Positions 32,534-46,405 are shown, counted from the stretch's first letter. The stretch is DNA of 64,000 nucleotides from Balanoglossus misakiensis (GCA_040954595.2 CM082586.2:4719125-4783124); one strand, 5' to 3'. Notes: a model not told the origin generated them from the sequence alone. A program made the numbers and translations.

Positions 32534-32698
32534 GTCAGTGAGTGCGCGAAACAAATGCCAAGGGCCGCGGTAGCGACGACCATCTGTCACCGGGCCCCGG
32601 GGTTACTACAAGATTGCCACCGCTGTAAGGCGTGGGAGTTTCGGGTCTCGGTACTGTGACCGACCCTAGGGCATCTGCTTGCATGCCCGCTTACTAAA
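32534..32698. mobile_element. Old degenerate palindromic (MITE-like) element
   Basis: Left arm AGTGAGTGCGCGAAACAAATGCCAAGGGCCGCGGT aligns loosely with the reverse complement of right arm ACCGACCCTAGGGCATCTGCTTGCATGCCCGCTTACT; GC-rich core; no clear TSD. Confidence 0.4.
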
Positions 32699-34161
32699 TT
32701 ACTTATTCGGGCGTAACTTCAGTGTACACGTCGGTCAGAATGACCATGATTTAGATAAGTTACAACTTCCAGGGCGTTTGGTTTCCCCTTTGACGTCACT
32801 CGCTGACTTTGGTTTCGTTTGTTGAGCTCCTCTCTGTGTCGTACGATCTTCTGATGGACGTCAGTTTGTGTTTTGTTATTACACAGAAAATTAATAATTT
32901 GACTAATGTCTAAGCTGCAAGCTGGGTATCCTCTCCCAGAACTACAAGTCTTTGCTCAAAATCTGTTGTTTACTGTCATGGCGGTTCTTGACATATTCAT
33001 TGCCGAATTCAGTGTTCGATGCTCGAAATTGTGAGCTTCCCTCAGGTGTAATTCGCCAAACTCTCCTCTATAAACACGACTATCCTTCAGTGCATGTCGA
33101 TTGAATACGTGTAGACTGGGCCAGTAGGTCACTACAGAGTTGATGGCTTCGTTGTAAGCAGTTGACGACAAGCGCCAGAGCCCGCCAAAACACTGGCGTG
33201 TGGGTCACGTACACAAACTTTCGCCTTAACGCAGTTCGTCTGTGCCATCTATACCAACGGAGAGGGCGGGAATCAAGTGCCTTGTTAGTAAACAAGGCGT
33301 CCAGACGATATCCTCAGTACAATCAGACTCTCAAAATGAAACATGATGTATTAAAAGGATGTTAAAAATGCGAACACTGACAGGACCCACATATCAACTG
33401 AGTGTTCGAAGATAGAGTTGACTGTACGCCTTTACTGTGTGTATATTTGAAGACTATGTGCAGTGTTTGAACTGTTCATTGAGACGGCTACAATGCTGTT
33501 TACATACTAGCCAATCTGTACGTCGTTACCGTAAAATCTCTTCTGTATAAACTGCTTGATGGGATCGAGTCAGTCGATTTGGCTTCCAGGCCTATTTAGA
33601 CAAGTCCAATCTCAAATATTCAATTCCTCCAATGAAGTTCAAATTACTGTATCGAGCCACTCTTGCACAAACCTCGTGTAATGAAGTGGGTTAGAGTTTC
33701 CCACTGCAAGTACACAGTTGAGATCGAAATAGTCACATTGAAATTGATACTGTCACGGGACGAAATAGTCGATTTCGTTCCAAGAATCGAGATCTCCTTG
33801 GTTCTTACGCGAGGGTAGTTTTGGACGTCACCATCGCTTCCTGCAGATGCCTCCTGGGAGCCAAAATCATACTAAAAGATGAACTACTCAGCTGCTCCAA
33901 CGATCTGCCCCTGTCCACATCGCGTTGCCGGCCAGCAATACGCAAACCACTGTTGATATAGCTTCCTTCGTGCCGTATTTTGAGCGTGTAACGAATGAAT
34001 CTTTATTTATCCCCCGAAGGCATGGTGACTCGCCTTTGTGAACATATTGTATCGTATACCATGTGCTATTTTTGGGAGGGAAATTAATTTAAGTCCGGAT
34101 GTAAATATGTTGCCAGATATTGATACACGTTACATATATCTATCATCTATTTACATTTTCC

Positions 34162-34203
34162 AACTGTGTATCAGATGATTCAAACTGTGTATCAGATGAT
34201 TCA
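34162..34203. repeat. 21-bp perfect tandem duplication
   Basis: AACTGTGTATCAGATGATTCA x2. Confidence 0.9.
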
Positions 34204-36960
34204 AAATGCAGGGTTCGGATACGGTAGGCCAACATGATAGTGACGTCAGTCCGGTCAGTGCATTTTGGACGGTTTTTGAGCGATGATAGTAGATTTCCAA
34301 GATTACGCAAGTCCATTTGACCAATTGATGAGTGTGTAGTCAATCTCCGACAGCTTGTGCCTCTCATATTATCAAGTCATTAACATGCAATGAAATGGCG
34401 TTTTCGAGTGCGCAAAAGTGTATATTTGAGAGCACTTTGCGCAGATTGCGGCGATGTGTGAGAGTGTATGCGATTTATTGCCAAGATTAACTGAGACAGG
34501 ATGTCGTCCAGCTACGGTCTGCTTCTGTGCATATGTGCCTGTGTGTGTGTGTGTGTTTGGGCCAATGCCCTCACTGAACCGATTCCCCAACTAAAACTTA
34601 AAATTAAAAATTTATATGTCGACAAAAAGCGCCGAACAAAAAAAATAGAATTCATGAATGATTTAACGCGCTTATATTTTCACGGGTATGCAAGGCAATG
34701 CAATGTTCAGTCGTCAAATTCTAAAAAAATAAATAACAGTAGACCTTTTATACGAAATTCGCCGCGAGGTGTTCACTCTAGACACAATTCTCATTAACAC
34801 GTATATTATATTTATAGCCGGACGAACTACTCGATAGAACGGTCACGTCGCTTCTTGTCGGGTTAAATTCCCCAGAACGAATGCGATAGAGCTCACTGGC
34901 TGATCATCTGTATACAGAATCGTGTAACCCCCTCGAATGGAAGCATTTTAACCGCTTTCCGCGAACATGCGCACGAAACGTCATTATAACATATCCACCC
35001 ACCGGCGGAAAGACTCATGACAGGGCACCAAGCCCCGATTTCGAATATCCGATTGAAAGTAAGGATAACCCACATCTGAATTCTCCCTTCAGGCAACAGA
35101 GAAAAAAACAAACCATTAACTTTTAATTATTTTTCATAACCTATGCGGAAAAGTACGAGCCTCTGGTCGTACTTTTCTGTGTAAACATAATTCTGCCTAC
35201 GCATCATGATTTTATCGAAATTAGCAATTATAAAAAAAAATATCAATAAAATTGCAATGAATTTTTACATGTAAAATCCGTGAATTACAATCTTGTATGC
35301 CTCCGTGTACATGTTGCTCTCAATGTTTTATTTTTTAATTGTTTGCTATTTTTATCTTTTATTGTAAAACATAAATCTACGTCGGTGAAGTATACGGCAT
35401 GTATTAATCTCAAATCATCGTTCAATCACGACAGCTGTACCATTTTAACCCCGCTCGTTAACACCGTCCATTTGATACATCTTTATGATATTGGCGCCAA
35501 TCTGTTTTGCAGTGAGCGTCCTCATATTATGTAAATCCTCCTGTTGCGTCGCCGCCGATACCTGATCGACAACGCCAGCATAACACGATAGCTTGTTTAC
35601 GCAAGAGGTTTTTTTTTTCTCCCCGGATTTTCCCCTGCACATTTTTAAATTTACATGATAGCTGGTGCTAAATACAAGGCATTTGTGGGGATTATTTGTG
35701 CTTAGAGCAAGCTGCACCACGACTGATGTGATTATGTGTGCGGCGTCTTACCCATCTAAACAAAGCCGGCCGCCATATTGATGACGTATGTCATTGTCAT
35801 TCATTGTCGGCGATTGAATAATTCGATCCGCCCCACCATTTCTTATCTGTCAGTATGGCGGAGGGAGGAGTAATTGTCTGGCGTCAGCTGGTGATAGAAA
35901 CCTATAAGTAATTTGGTATTCAGTGGCGAGCGTTTCACTTCCGTCGACATTGCCAACATCCATTATTAAACGGAACAGAAACATATGGAGTGAAATATTT
36001 ATATTTTACTTCTGATGTATTTTTCTATTCTTCTTATATAAATTTACATGTAATAGAACGGTCACGTGGTACGATTTACCTAATGGACGGGCTGTTGCCG
36101 TGTCCATCGGCAAATAAAAAAGGGAGCCGTCTAGCGCTGTGCATTGTTCCACAACTATACACAAATATCGCATTACCGCAACACTCTGCTCGTTTCATTG
36201 AGGGATGTGCGTAATTGACTGTTGTGTAAAAGAGGGGAAATATAAATTAGAAATCCTAATATTCCTGCCTCTCCCTGATGACAACATCGATAACGTATTT
36301 TTTTCTTAACAGAATGTTTTACCCTTTTTGCGAACGATGTCAATTTATGAGATTTTAGTTTAATGTATTCTTGTATTTCATTTTAAAATTCCTACCCCGG
36401 GGGACGGGGGGCGCAGGAATAAAGATACCAAAAAGGACTCGCACAGCTCTCCCTGAAAGGGTACATCTTTGAGCCAGGATCATCGAGTCTGCATAATATC
36501 TCTAAAGCATGTGTCCCTAAAAGATTGATAGAAGCCTTAAAGGTTAAAACGAAAACATTATCGGTAGCAATAGCAGCTATGCCGAAAATAACTCGATACA
36601 AGGTCGTTCGGCATGCTCGTTCGCAGGCAGGGTAAAAAAACACAGAAAAATGGCGCGCAAACTACATTTTTCTTCGACTCTTTTCCCATCCAGTTTGGTC
36701 GCAACGAACTTGGTTGTCATACACAGCGAGAGAGACGAAATGTCACACATTATTATCGACGTCGTTTTGTAAATTACAGTCGATGTTCTTGCTTAAAACA
36801 TTACAACCAAAGTGGGGTCAACTTATAATCGGTCGCACCATGGAAAAAAATAGCTGGCCTTAATTTGACCCCGCCCTACATTTTCGCGCCGTTCCTGAAC
36901 AATTGTGCCCGCCCAGCAAATATTTGCATATATGTGAGTGTGATTTTCAAACAAGAGTTC

Positions 36961-37005
36961 TATTTATTTATTTATTCATTTATTTATTTATTTATTTATT
37001 TATTT
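36961..37005. repeat. (TTTA)n microsatellite
   Basis: Directly visible, one TTCA variant. Confidence 0.9.
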
Positions 37006-39331
37006 CAATCTCACAGTCACTTTATTTTCACAGCGAGGTTGTCCATTTAATTACATTTTTATTTTAAAATATTTCTTTTTCATCTTGAAAATAGTGATAT
37101 GTTGATAACCCTGCACAATTTACATGTCCACTACATCACTAAACCATCGCTTTAGAATTCCTTGACCTCGGGGTCAATGTTAATCTGTGACATTTATCGA
37201 TGGGGATCTTTACCCTTACAATTTCTGCCATATTCCTCGTAGGTCGTCGATCAGCCTGTCCTTTCTAATCTGGAAATCATCCATGGAGGTATTTCGAGGC
37301 CAACTTGTCCTTCCGACGTCCCCGGAGGCGGATATGACGTCATCCTGTGTCGTTCCCAATAAATTGGCGCGTAAATTTACCCGCTCCTGCACGAGACCTT
37401 CAGACGACCACTTTAATGAGAAATATCAATAGCGCGCGTTTACGATTATTTGAGGCGGTCTGCAAAAGGTGGTTCCAACGGCGGAGACGGTTGAATTTTC
37501 AGGTGAAATAAAAAGCCTCTTGTCCATAAAACAGCCATCAATCAAGTTGTGACAGAATCCACTTGTGCGTATAAGCTGGTAGTTACAAAAATTTCCACTT
37601 GTCACTTACACTATCGATCCTGTCGGACCGCCGCTTGTTTGTAATGGCACAAATATGCGCGGTCGATACATCAAAGAACCGCTGCTTTATTTCAGAACCT
37701 GCAAGAAAAACAGAAGCGATTGTTACGATGTTATTTATAGATGTCATCTTTAATTCCAGGGCCGTGAGTACTTAGGTGTACATTAACACCCGTTACGGGG
37801 AAGCTCTCGACGACACTGGGTCAAATCATTAAATTAATTGCATACATTCGCCCGTGCATTTGCTCTAATTAACAATAACAACTTTGCAGACTAAATATTT
37901 GCCATGCTGATAGTCGTCTGCTCTAGTTTTCTAGGTTGTGCACCCAAAATTTTGCGCAGGGGTGGTCGCTCGTTTAACGGAACAGCATCTGTAGCTGATA
38001 TTCTGTTTCATTTTAAATTATACATACATGTAATATACATGCCCTATCCTAGCTAATTCCTCATGCACGTTGACATGCCCAGTAGCTGGCTATTTTCAAC
38101 ACATTCTGTATATCTGCAATGTTTCTCCCTGTTGAGTTTAAACATCAAAAATGTATCCCTAGGGCACTTCTTCTATGGGAATACAAGACGCAGGATTCCC
38201 GGATGACTATCGGGAGGATGTGTTTGAATGCTGAGCAGTGGCGCCTACCTTTGGCGGCAAAAGTAGCAAAATTGATCAAAATTTTAGAGCTTTACAAACA
38301 TGGCAACAAGTTGCTCCGAAGATGTCTGATCGCTCGAACAGTTTGTGGCGTGTGAGGGGGTAGATTTCAAAGTTGCTCACTTAGTTATCGAGAAACAGCT
38401 ACATCCGCACCCATGACACGCCGCCGTACCAACGCGAGAGTTGACACGAAATACCATTAAATGACTAAATTTAGTTTAAATATGCTTTAACTCCCCTCAA
38501 AGGGCTAAATCACACATATTTGCATAGCAAGGACGGCCGAATCAATTCTCGAGCGCTTACATAAAATGGTCCATTATTTCAATTTGACCCTTGCAGCGAA
38601 ATGATTGATCACGATGCCATTTCAACATTTCGCTGAATACCAACACAATTGGCAATTTATGACTGTTGCCTCCTAACCCTTATGCTGAATATAATAAGCA
38701 CAAAAGCGACGTCCTTTGAATATATTTGTGGGACCACACAAGCCTGAAAATGGATGTGTTGTCAGGTGTGATGACGGGCAACTGAATGGTGTACGATCGA
38801 TTTCAAATGTGCACCACAGATGAAGAAGGAGGGACTGATAAAATCGGGCTACGATCGAGCGACGCCATGCACATGCATTTGACACAGCCTAATTGTTGCT
38901 TACACAACGCGCGCGCGTCCAATTGTTTTGCTGTGCGATCAAATATGACCGCCAGGCGACCGTTTTTTTCCTGGGAGAAACAGTCATTTCTCGGACCATA
39001 TTCTTTCGTCATCTTCACCTTCATCCTACCAATAATTATACTGCTATCATCGCATATGCCGTGCCTATTTTTATCACGCACTGGCAGTCAAACGAAGCTG
39101 GTGCCCTCATATACACGGCAAGAATTGGGTCGCCCACATTTTCATAATTGTATTTTAATTGTTGCTGTTGTTTTGCCATCATTTCTCGGTCAAGTGTACA
39201 AATGATTCTAGTATACTGTTGGGACTAAAACAAACACATATGGGACACTGTTATTGTGTATCCAACCCACATATCACAGTCTGAGTACGCAACTATGAAC
39301 CCTAGTGGCAGAGATCGTGCCTGGCAGCACA

Positions 39332-39697
39332 TAGTCTCGGTTACCCAGACCCCTTTGCTTCTTCCGCTGCTCTCCAGGAAAGGTCGATCAGCCGCTGATT
39401 GGATGATCTGTCAGTATGACTATACTCGACTATACTACAATGGCGATGCAACATGTAGTGACTCTTAACAATTTGTGAGTTGTTGTCTTGTCACATCAAG
39501 AGACAGGTACATGCTGGTTGATGTGAACATTTTAGTCGAGTTGCAGTGACCCAGGTCATACTGACAGATCAGCCAATCAGCGGCTGATCAAATCCTGACA
39601 GCGGCCATTTTGAATCACAAATCGTTCTACAGTATTTCCCCAGACCCTTTTCTAGAGCGCAGCGGAAGAAGCACATGGGTCTGGATAACCGAGACTT
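39332..39697. mobile_element. Non-autonomous fold-back DNA transposon (Academ/AcademH-like MITE, ~366 bp) with 9-10 bp TSD
   Basis: Termini TAGTCTCGGTTA...TAACCGAGACT(T); ~54-bp outer TIRs; inner 35-bp IR (39386-39420 vs 39555-39589, one mismatch); flanking direct repeat GGCAGCACA at 39323-39331 and 39698-39706. Superfamily inferred from the TAG terminus and TSD length. Confidence 0.85.
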
Positions 39698-40212
39698 GGC
39701 AGCACACGATTCCGAGGGCAAGTGCTGTATTGGGGTAAGTTACCAGCTCTCGGGCTTTGGTTCCACGTTTGGGATGTGCAATACACGTTTGTATTTTCGG
39801 TGAAGAGAAGCGTGGCTACCGCAGTTGGAATTCACAGAGCCCCCATAGGTCTAAAATGAGTTGAATGTGAATACTCATGCGAAGAGAAAGATAGCCGTGC
39901 CGCGGGCTAAAGTAATTCCAGGTGTGGTGATTTTATTGGAATTCAGTCTTAGAAGTCTCAACGGGCCGCATAATCCATCAGATAATCCCCATTTAAATGA
40001 AGAGAATGATGTTCAGTGTGTATATCGAAACAGTGTCAGTTGCCGGGTATTGTGATATCAACGGCCGTTCCACATTTATACAACCCAACTGTACGCTCAC
40101 GACTCACCCTAAATAAAAACGCACTCCAAAATTGTGCACAGTGTGCACACACGTTATGCTTATCATAAAATAGATCTCCATATTTGAATTGTTCACATAT
40201 TTGAAATGTTTC

Positions 40213-40457
40213 TTTCCCGTATGTAAGTTGATGCCTGCTGTATGCTCCGCGCCAAGAAGCGGTGTGTGATTGGTCGCAGCAGTTCCACTGGAAGAACATC
40301 GACCAATCAGTTGTCACTTTTCAAGATCAAGTAATTTCCCATGTAAAGCCCTGATGCCGGCTCCATGTTCTGTGCTAAGAAGCGGTGTGTGATTGGTCGC
40401 AGCTGTTCCAACGGAAGAACAACGACCAATCAGTTGTCACTTTTCAAGATCAAGTAA
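40213..40457. repeat. Two-copy tandem duplication of a ~123-bp unit containing a CCAAT inverted repeat
   Basis: AAGAAGCGGTGTGTGATTGGTCGCAGC...CGACCAATCAGTTGTCACTTTTCAAGATCAAGTAA starts at 40254 and again at 40377. Confidence 0.92.
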
Positions 40458-43038
40458 CATATTGGCCAAGACGTGAGAAGAGGCAGTAACGACGATATGC
40501 AGGTCAGGTCAAACTATTTAATAATAAGAAAGCGTGTTTTTTTGCAGACGACAAAATGTGTCCTCTGGCACAGCTGTATTTAAAAAAAATTTGTTGTCAC
40601 GTTTACCTCGATTATTCACGTTGTTTAGATACTAATTGAGCAATAATTTGCCATAGCACATGAAGTGTTTTATATCGACCCCGCATGAGTTAAATAATTC
40701 TTATGATATTCAAGGCTCGCTAACAAAAACAATGGCCCTTCGCGCTCTCGTAATCATTTATGACAATTCTCGTTTTATTCAGCGATTAAACCTTTCATCA
40801 CGAAATTAAAGTACTCCCCTCGCTCAGGTTACAACTTGGGAAATGGCTGTGTTGACAAACCTTTGTCAACTTACTACCCATCATGCAGTGTGAAACAGCA
40901 AGTAATTACCAAGTGAGAGCGAAGTTGTTTCGTTACGTAACGCGCCGCCAGCCTGAAATACCGCCAGGGACAAACGTCTTAATTTCTAACAGCGAATTGG
41001 TAACAATTTCGAAAGGAAAAAAAAACACAGAGCAGGAAATATCGGAATTCTAATCGGCGTATAATTATCTAGCGACGTTGAAAATCCGGGTTGTAATTTT
41101 TTATGAACGCATTTCCTCTTTAAAGAGAATCTGTGACGAGCAGTGCTTTATGACAAAGCAGTGAGACAAGTTCCCCATCAATTGATAATGGTTTAATAAC
41201 CGGGACAGCTGCATAATATTGGAATTATATATGTTCAAAATATATGACCATCTTTCATGGATCTCGGTGAAATTGGAAGCTTATCCTCCGCTAACATTTT
41301 TTGGCTTTTAAGACTACACTGACAAGTCCAGTGAAATAGTAGCATACAAGATCGTAGCTAAAGAAGTTACTAACTCGACAAGTGCAGCGCTCTGTACACA
41401 TGACCAGAAACTGCAAACGGTGTCTTCCAACGACTCTGCTGGTCTTCAAAAATATCAATTCGTTATTACGACGGGGAACACACATCTTGTTCTGACGCTG
41501 GGGTGGACGACCTAAGTAATGTGATTTTAGAGTCCCGTGAGCAAACAGCTTTTTTATGGAATTAATTTCGCCACAAAGTGCTGCCAGGTGTAGCTCGCGT
41601 GACCCGCAATGACTGCATTCTCCCGAGCATGCTCAGTTAGCGCCCGTGAGAAGTTTTTTTCAAGATGTCGCCGAGTGGGTTGCCATGGTGAGCGGCTCCG
41701 TTCTCCGTGATCTTGGCTAACTTTCCCTTATTAGTATGTTGTGGACGACTGCATTTTCCCCGGCGGGTGGGGGAGCAATAGATCGGAGGGCATTTCGACA
41801 CGATGACGTCCATTCGTCACAATACGGCACTGAAATCATGCAGATAAACGTTTAGTCTGCAGCCTTTGTCCTTGCAATGCAATTTCACGAGACAGACAAT
41901 CAAATTGATGTGTTGCATTGTATTGTTATTGTACTGTTCTGTACTTCATTGTATTGCGGTGTTGTGTGGTGTAATGTAAGTGTAGTGTAGCGTATAATCT
42001 GAAAATGTTCCGTTTTGGCTTTCACCTGTTTCTACATATGAGCGTAAACGTGGCAAAATTTTTGTCAATCTCGGCATCAAAAGAGAAAAATCATTTCAAT
42101 TAATCGTCAGGAGCATTTCAAATTTATTTGTACTGAAACATCAGTTTATTTTTATGGGATAATACGTCATTCAAATTGATTGCACTGTTCAAATACCACC
42201 ACTCAACGTTGTGTAATTTTTACAACCACGCATATAGTGAGGAGCCTTCGCCGACAATAAAATAAATTTCCTCAACCAATTCGCACATCTCCAAGTCGCT
42301 CTTCTGCGCATGCTTAGAGCGACATGTACCGCTCAAGGTCACACCGTCTACCCGTGTGGCCAGAAAACATTCATTAAATTGTTCTGGTTACAGATTTGAA
42401 GAAATGAGACTGATTACAAACGAGGCCGCGAATCAAGATGAGCTCTAAACTGGGCATTTTACTCAGGCGATTCTTGTGCAAGTGGTTTAATAACCCGCGT
42501 TTGAGGCAGCCAAGGTCGCGTAAACACAAGACGCGCGGAGAATGTAGCGCAGCCCCTTTAGCATATTCCTTCCAATGTCGACGAATTAAACATCGGTAGG
42601 CAATTAAACCTTTATCCTTCGCCATTGTCTCGAGACGTGCACATAACAAACGGACTGGCTCTCTTAGCGATTTTCAGCGACGTCCAAATGCTGCAATTAA
42701 CGACGACGATATACCATAAAGACACTGATTTTTCTCTATTAAATTGAAAACGCGATTTCATAATTATTTCCCCCCTGTGATTATTTTGCATCAATCTGCG
42801 CGCTGTCGCCGATTTGTCTGCGGTGGGAATTCATTGTACGGGAGCGTAATTGCCATATTTTCTTCTCTGACGCATTTGTCGCACAAGAAGGCATTTTATT
42901 GTCGTTCGTTGATCGCTTCACCATTTGATATTCAATGACACTGTGTCTTGCCACATGCACATCAAAAAAATACTAAAAGGAATTAATTTACTTTAATGCA
43001 AAACAATGTCATGAACATGCCTCATATATTATACATAG

Positions 43039-43039
<1 letters not shown>

Positions 43040-43069
<30 letters not shown>

Positions 43070-43286
43070 CATACATACATACATACATACATACATACAT
43101 ACATACATACATACATACATACATACATACATACATACATACATACATACATACATACATACATACATACATACATACATACATACATACATACATACAT
43201 ACATACATACATACATACATACATACATACATACATACATACATACATACATACATACATACATACATACATACATACATACATAC
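43040..43286. repeat. (TACA)n perfect microsatellite, ~62 units
   Basis: Directly visible. Confidence 0.99.
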
Positions 43287-44389
43287 GCAATGATCGCTTT
43301 TCATTTTCCAATTAATATCACAAATATCACAGAGGCTCGCTGTGGGCAGGAATAATGATCAAATCTAATAAAGCCTTAAGTGGATTTACGAATATGAATT
43401 CGGATCGCTCAAATCGTTTCCAATTGATATTTCAAATTTCCAAATAGTCTATTCATGCACGTGGTTGTCAGCAAGGGCGTCCTTGTGGTTTGCGGCGCCC
43501 CCCTCCCCCCCCCCCCCGAATAGCGCTCCCCGCGTTCTTTCCGAGAAATCCGAGCACAGTACGGACGCCCCGGAGGCAGAGCCTCTTTACTAGAAATTTG
43601 GAATTTGTGTCGTCTGCACCGAAGGCACAGCAAACCATTACAATCACATTAGACGAGAGAGCTAATCACGGTACTTGTAAAATTGAGAGCCCCCTATTCG
43701 TGACCTCGTACCTGTCATAACCCAAGCCATCGTTGATGGAAAATAACAATTGTCATCATTTCGTCATCTTCGAAATGCACTTCTGAATAATTCGACGCCG
43801 GAATAGCCATGAGTATGATTAAATGCTCTTATTGAAAATTAAAAAATGTTATATTACGAACGCGTATTCCCTCTTCGTTGTCCACGTTAGCTTCGTAGTA
43901 TGAACTTTGTCGACATACTTGTACTTAGCTAGCAGTTATTTCTTGGAGCTGAAATTTTATCTCTCTCTATTGTCTTGTTGAAATTAATTCCCTGGAATAA
44001 TGTCGATATAGTCGTTGGTAACGCCAATCGGCGTGTCTAAGTTGCAGTCTTGAGTTCTTTGCCTGTGTTAACAAAGAAAATCGACCACTCGCTCTTAACG
44101 TTGATGAATATGTCATGAGGCGAAGGAAAACACCGCCGGCGCTTTTTTTCTAATTCACTTTTGTATTGATTACAATGTACACGTTATCAGACAAGGGTCA
44201 ATGCTTTTTCCTCCCGCCATTTTCTTTTTTATTTTCTCGTCGCTGCAAACTCCCAGCGCGGAATAGAAAATTTGCCAATGAGACGTTGTTTGCGCATGTG
44301 CCTGTAAGTGTAGCGGACATCCTTGTCGTCCTCTGCTCGCTCCCAGAACCTAAAGGTCGCGTTGTGTGCACGACGGTGTGCATGCAATG

Positions 44390-44444
44390 ATGTAATATGC
44401 ACCGTCATTGGTTGCCGTTATGTAATATGCATCGTCATTGGTTG
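44390..44444. repeat. 30-bp-period tandem duplication
   Basis: ATGTAATATGCAYCGTCATTGGTTG at 44390 and 44420. Confidence 0.85.
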
Positions 44445-44553
44445 AGAATAAATTACGACCCAAACCCAATTGATTTTATGTAAATTTACCAGTGCATTTT
44501 ATCGGGTAGAGACAATACAAGTTATGGACAGCGTCACTACATATGTTCCCGCG

Positions 44554-44789
44554 TAGGTGAGAACCATTAGATTTCCGGGAGGGATGGAGGATTTTGGTAT
44601 GTTAGCAAAAAAATCAGCCACTGTTACAGCAAATTGTTTTTCTTTCTTTAAAAAAAATTCTTTCTGTTGCCAGTCCTACTTTATCCTCGAGGCATTGTAG
44701 AAGAACCTTTTTCCTCTGCACCATCTACCATGATTTTTTTCAAAAATTCTTCTCTCTCCCCCCACCCGAAATCAAATGTTTCTCCCCTA
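44554..44789. mobile_element. Degenerate MITE with ~30-bp TIRs (PIF/Harbinger-like ends)
   Basis: Left TAGGTGAGAACCATTAGATTTCCGGGAGGG vs reverse complement of the right end TAGGGGAGAAACATTTGATTTCGGGTGGGG; TA/TAA flanks; AT-rich non-coding interior. Confidence 0.65.
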
Positions 44790-46349
44790 ATCGCTGTGTG
44801 GGAATGAATCTTGACAGGCATTGGACGGAAAACATAGACGTCGTTCAGTGACAGGTGCCATATTTGCCGTCTGAATGGATTATTTATCAAAAGCCGATTT
44901 CCAGAGTGATGCCAGTCGACGTAGAGTGAATACCTCACGTATCTAATTCGATGAAAAACGAAAATTCTTTCTGATGGCGTCCGTCGACTGCACATATATC
45001 GGCAGGAATCGTTCTTTGCTGAGTGGCAGGCAATTTGCATAAATGAGCGGTTTCCGGAATAGCTGGGCGGTGTGTATATGCCTGTACTCACACAGCCAAT
45101 CCATCGGTGAGCAATTGAGCGGAACAATGGACTTTGCAGAAACTGTCGTCGACTGACATGTACAGTTTGCGCAGACAGATCAACTTGGGTTCGGAACAAC
45201 TAAAATACCCGGGAATTCTGCATGGAACGCTGAATTCGAACACCACCACAATGGGATATGTTCGAATTCCAGTTTCTTTTTTGCTTGAATTTATACAATA
45301 TTTATATTCGTGATGGAATTCTTGTGACAAATTAAAAAAAATCTAATTGGAAAATAAATGAATTGCATTTGTCTAGTGTTGCATGCTGTCCCTCCTAGAA
45401 TGCCATTATTTTGGAGGAAATGTTTATCAAGAATATTTCCAAGCAAACATTGACCTGTCCGTTTCTACAGTGTTCAGCAAGGGTGACACTAATCTCGTGT
45501 TGGCCCGGTGCTTCGTGCCCCAATTCCAACATGGCCGTCGGCGCGACATTTTTCTTCTGACCTCATTTTCGACGTCTCCAATTCAGATGGACTCGGATTT
45601 TCGCAAATCCCACAGATCCGCCAATCAGGCCGCCAATTACACAGCTACGCTCTCAATGTCGTGCTGTTGGCTTACAGCGATGAAAGTGCGCGGGAACCTG
45701 CCGAGCACTCTTGCTGACCGGCGCCACGCATAATTGCCTTTGTTGTGTCAGTATAAATGTGAAAAAAAATTGAATCAAAAATTCTGTTCTCACTGTTCTC
45801 AAATAAACTTCCATTACATTCGTCTGTCAAAGCAAAGAACTCCAGGAGTAACCACGCAATTTCTTCTTGTCAGCGCGCCGAATTGTCTCGTTGTCAATAT
45901 GGCTGCCCTGGCTAATTCTTTGTCAACTTTGCGGTGAACACTTGTTACAACAGTTCTTGTAAACACGAGATGCGCAAGGGGACATTTGTACATGTATTTT
46001 CGAAATTATTCCACACAAACCCACGTCGGATTCATAAAGAGCTGATCACCAAACAGCACACCAAGTGTCAACACGCCCGCTCTGTCTTTTGTCAGTAGTG
46101 ACATTTGCAAGCAGGTGTATCATAAAAATCTTCCCACTAACTTGACATTTGCACGATAGCTAGAAATCCCCGTGTAGCAGGCTCTGAGTGGGTTTTGGTT
46201 TGCGGTGAGAATCGGATTGGTGGACATGCATGAAAGAGGAGCAACGTAGGCGTCAAGAAACGACGCCATTGTTTTTCAAAAGTCAGAACTCATGCCAGTT
46301 GTATATAGATAACGTCGAATTTTTTTGGCAGCGGTGTGAGAGAAAACAC

Positions 46350-46405
46350 GATGATGATGGTGGTGGTGGTGGTGGTGATTATGTTCCTGTTGTAGTTGTT
46401 GTTCT
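46350..46405. repeat. Compound trinucleotide repeat (GAT)n(GGT)n(GTT)n
   Basis: Directly visible. Confidence 0.8.

Noticed and set aside
42996-43355. HTYI/MYVC repeat ORFs (also 30293-30803, and HSFI ORFs at 6128-6353)
   Set aside because: Translations of tetranucleotide microsatellites.
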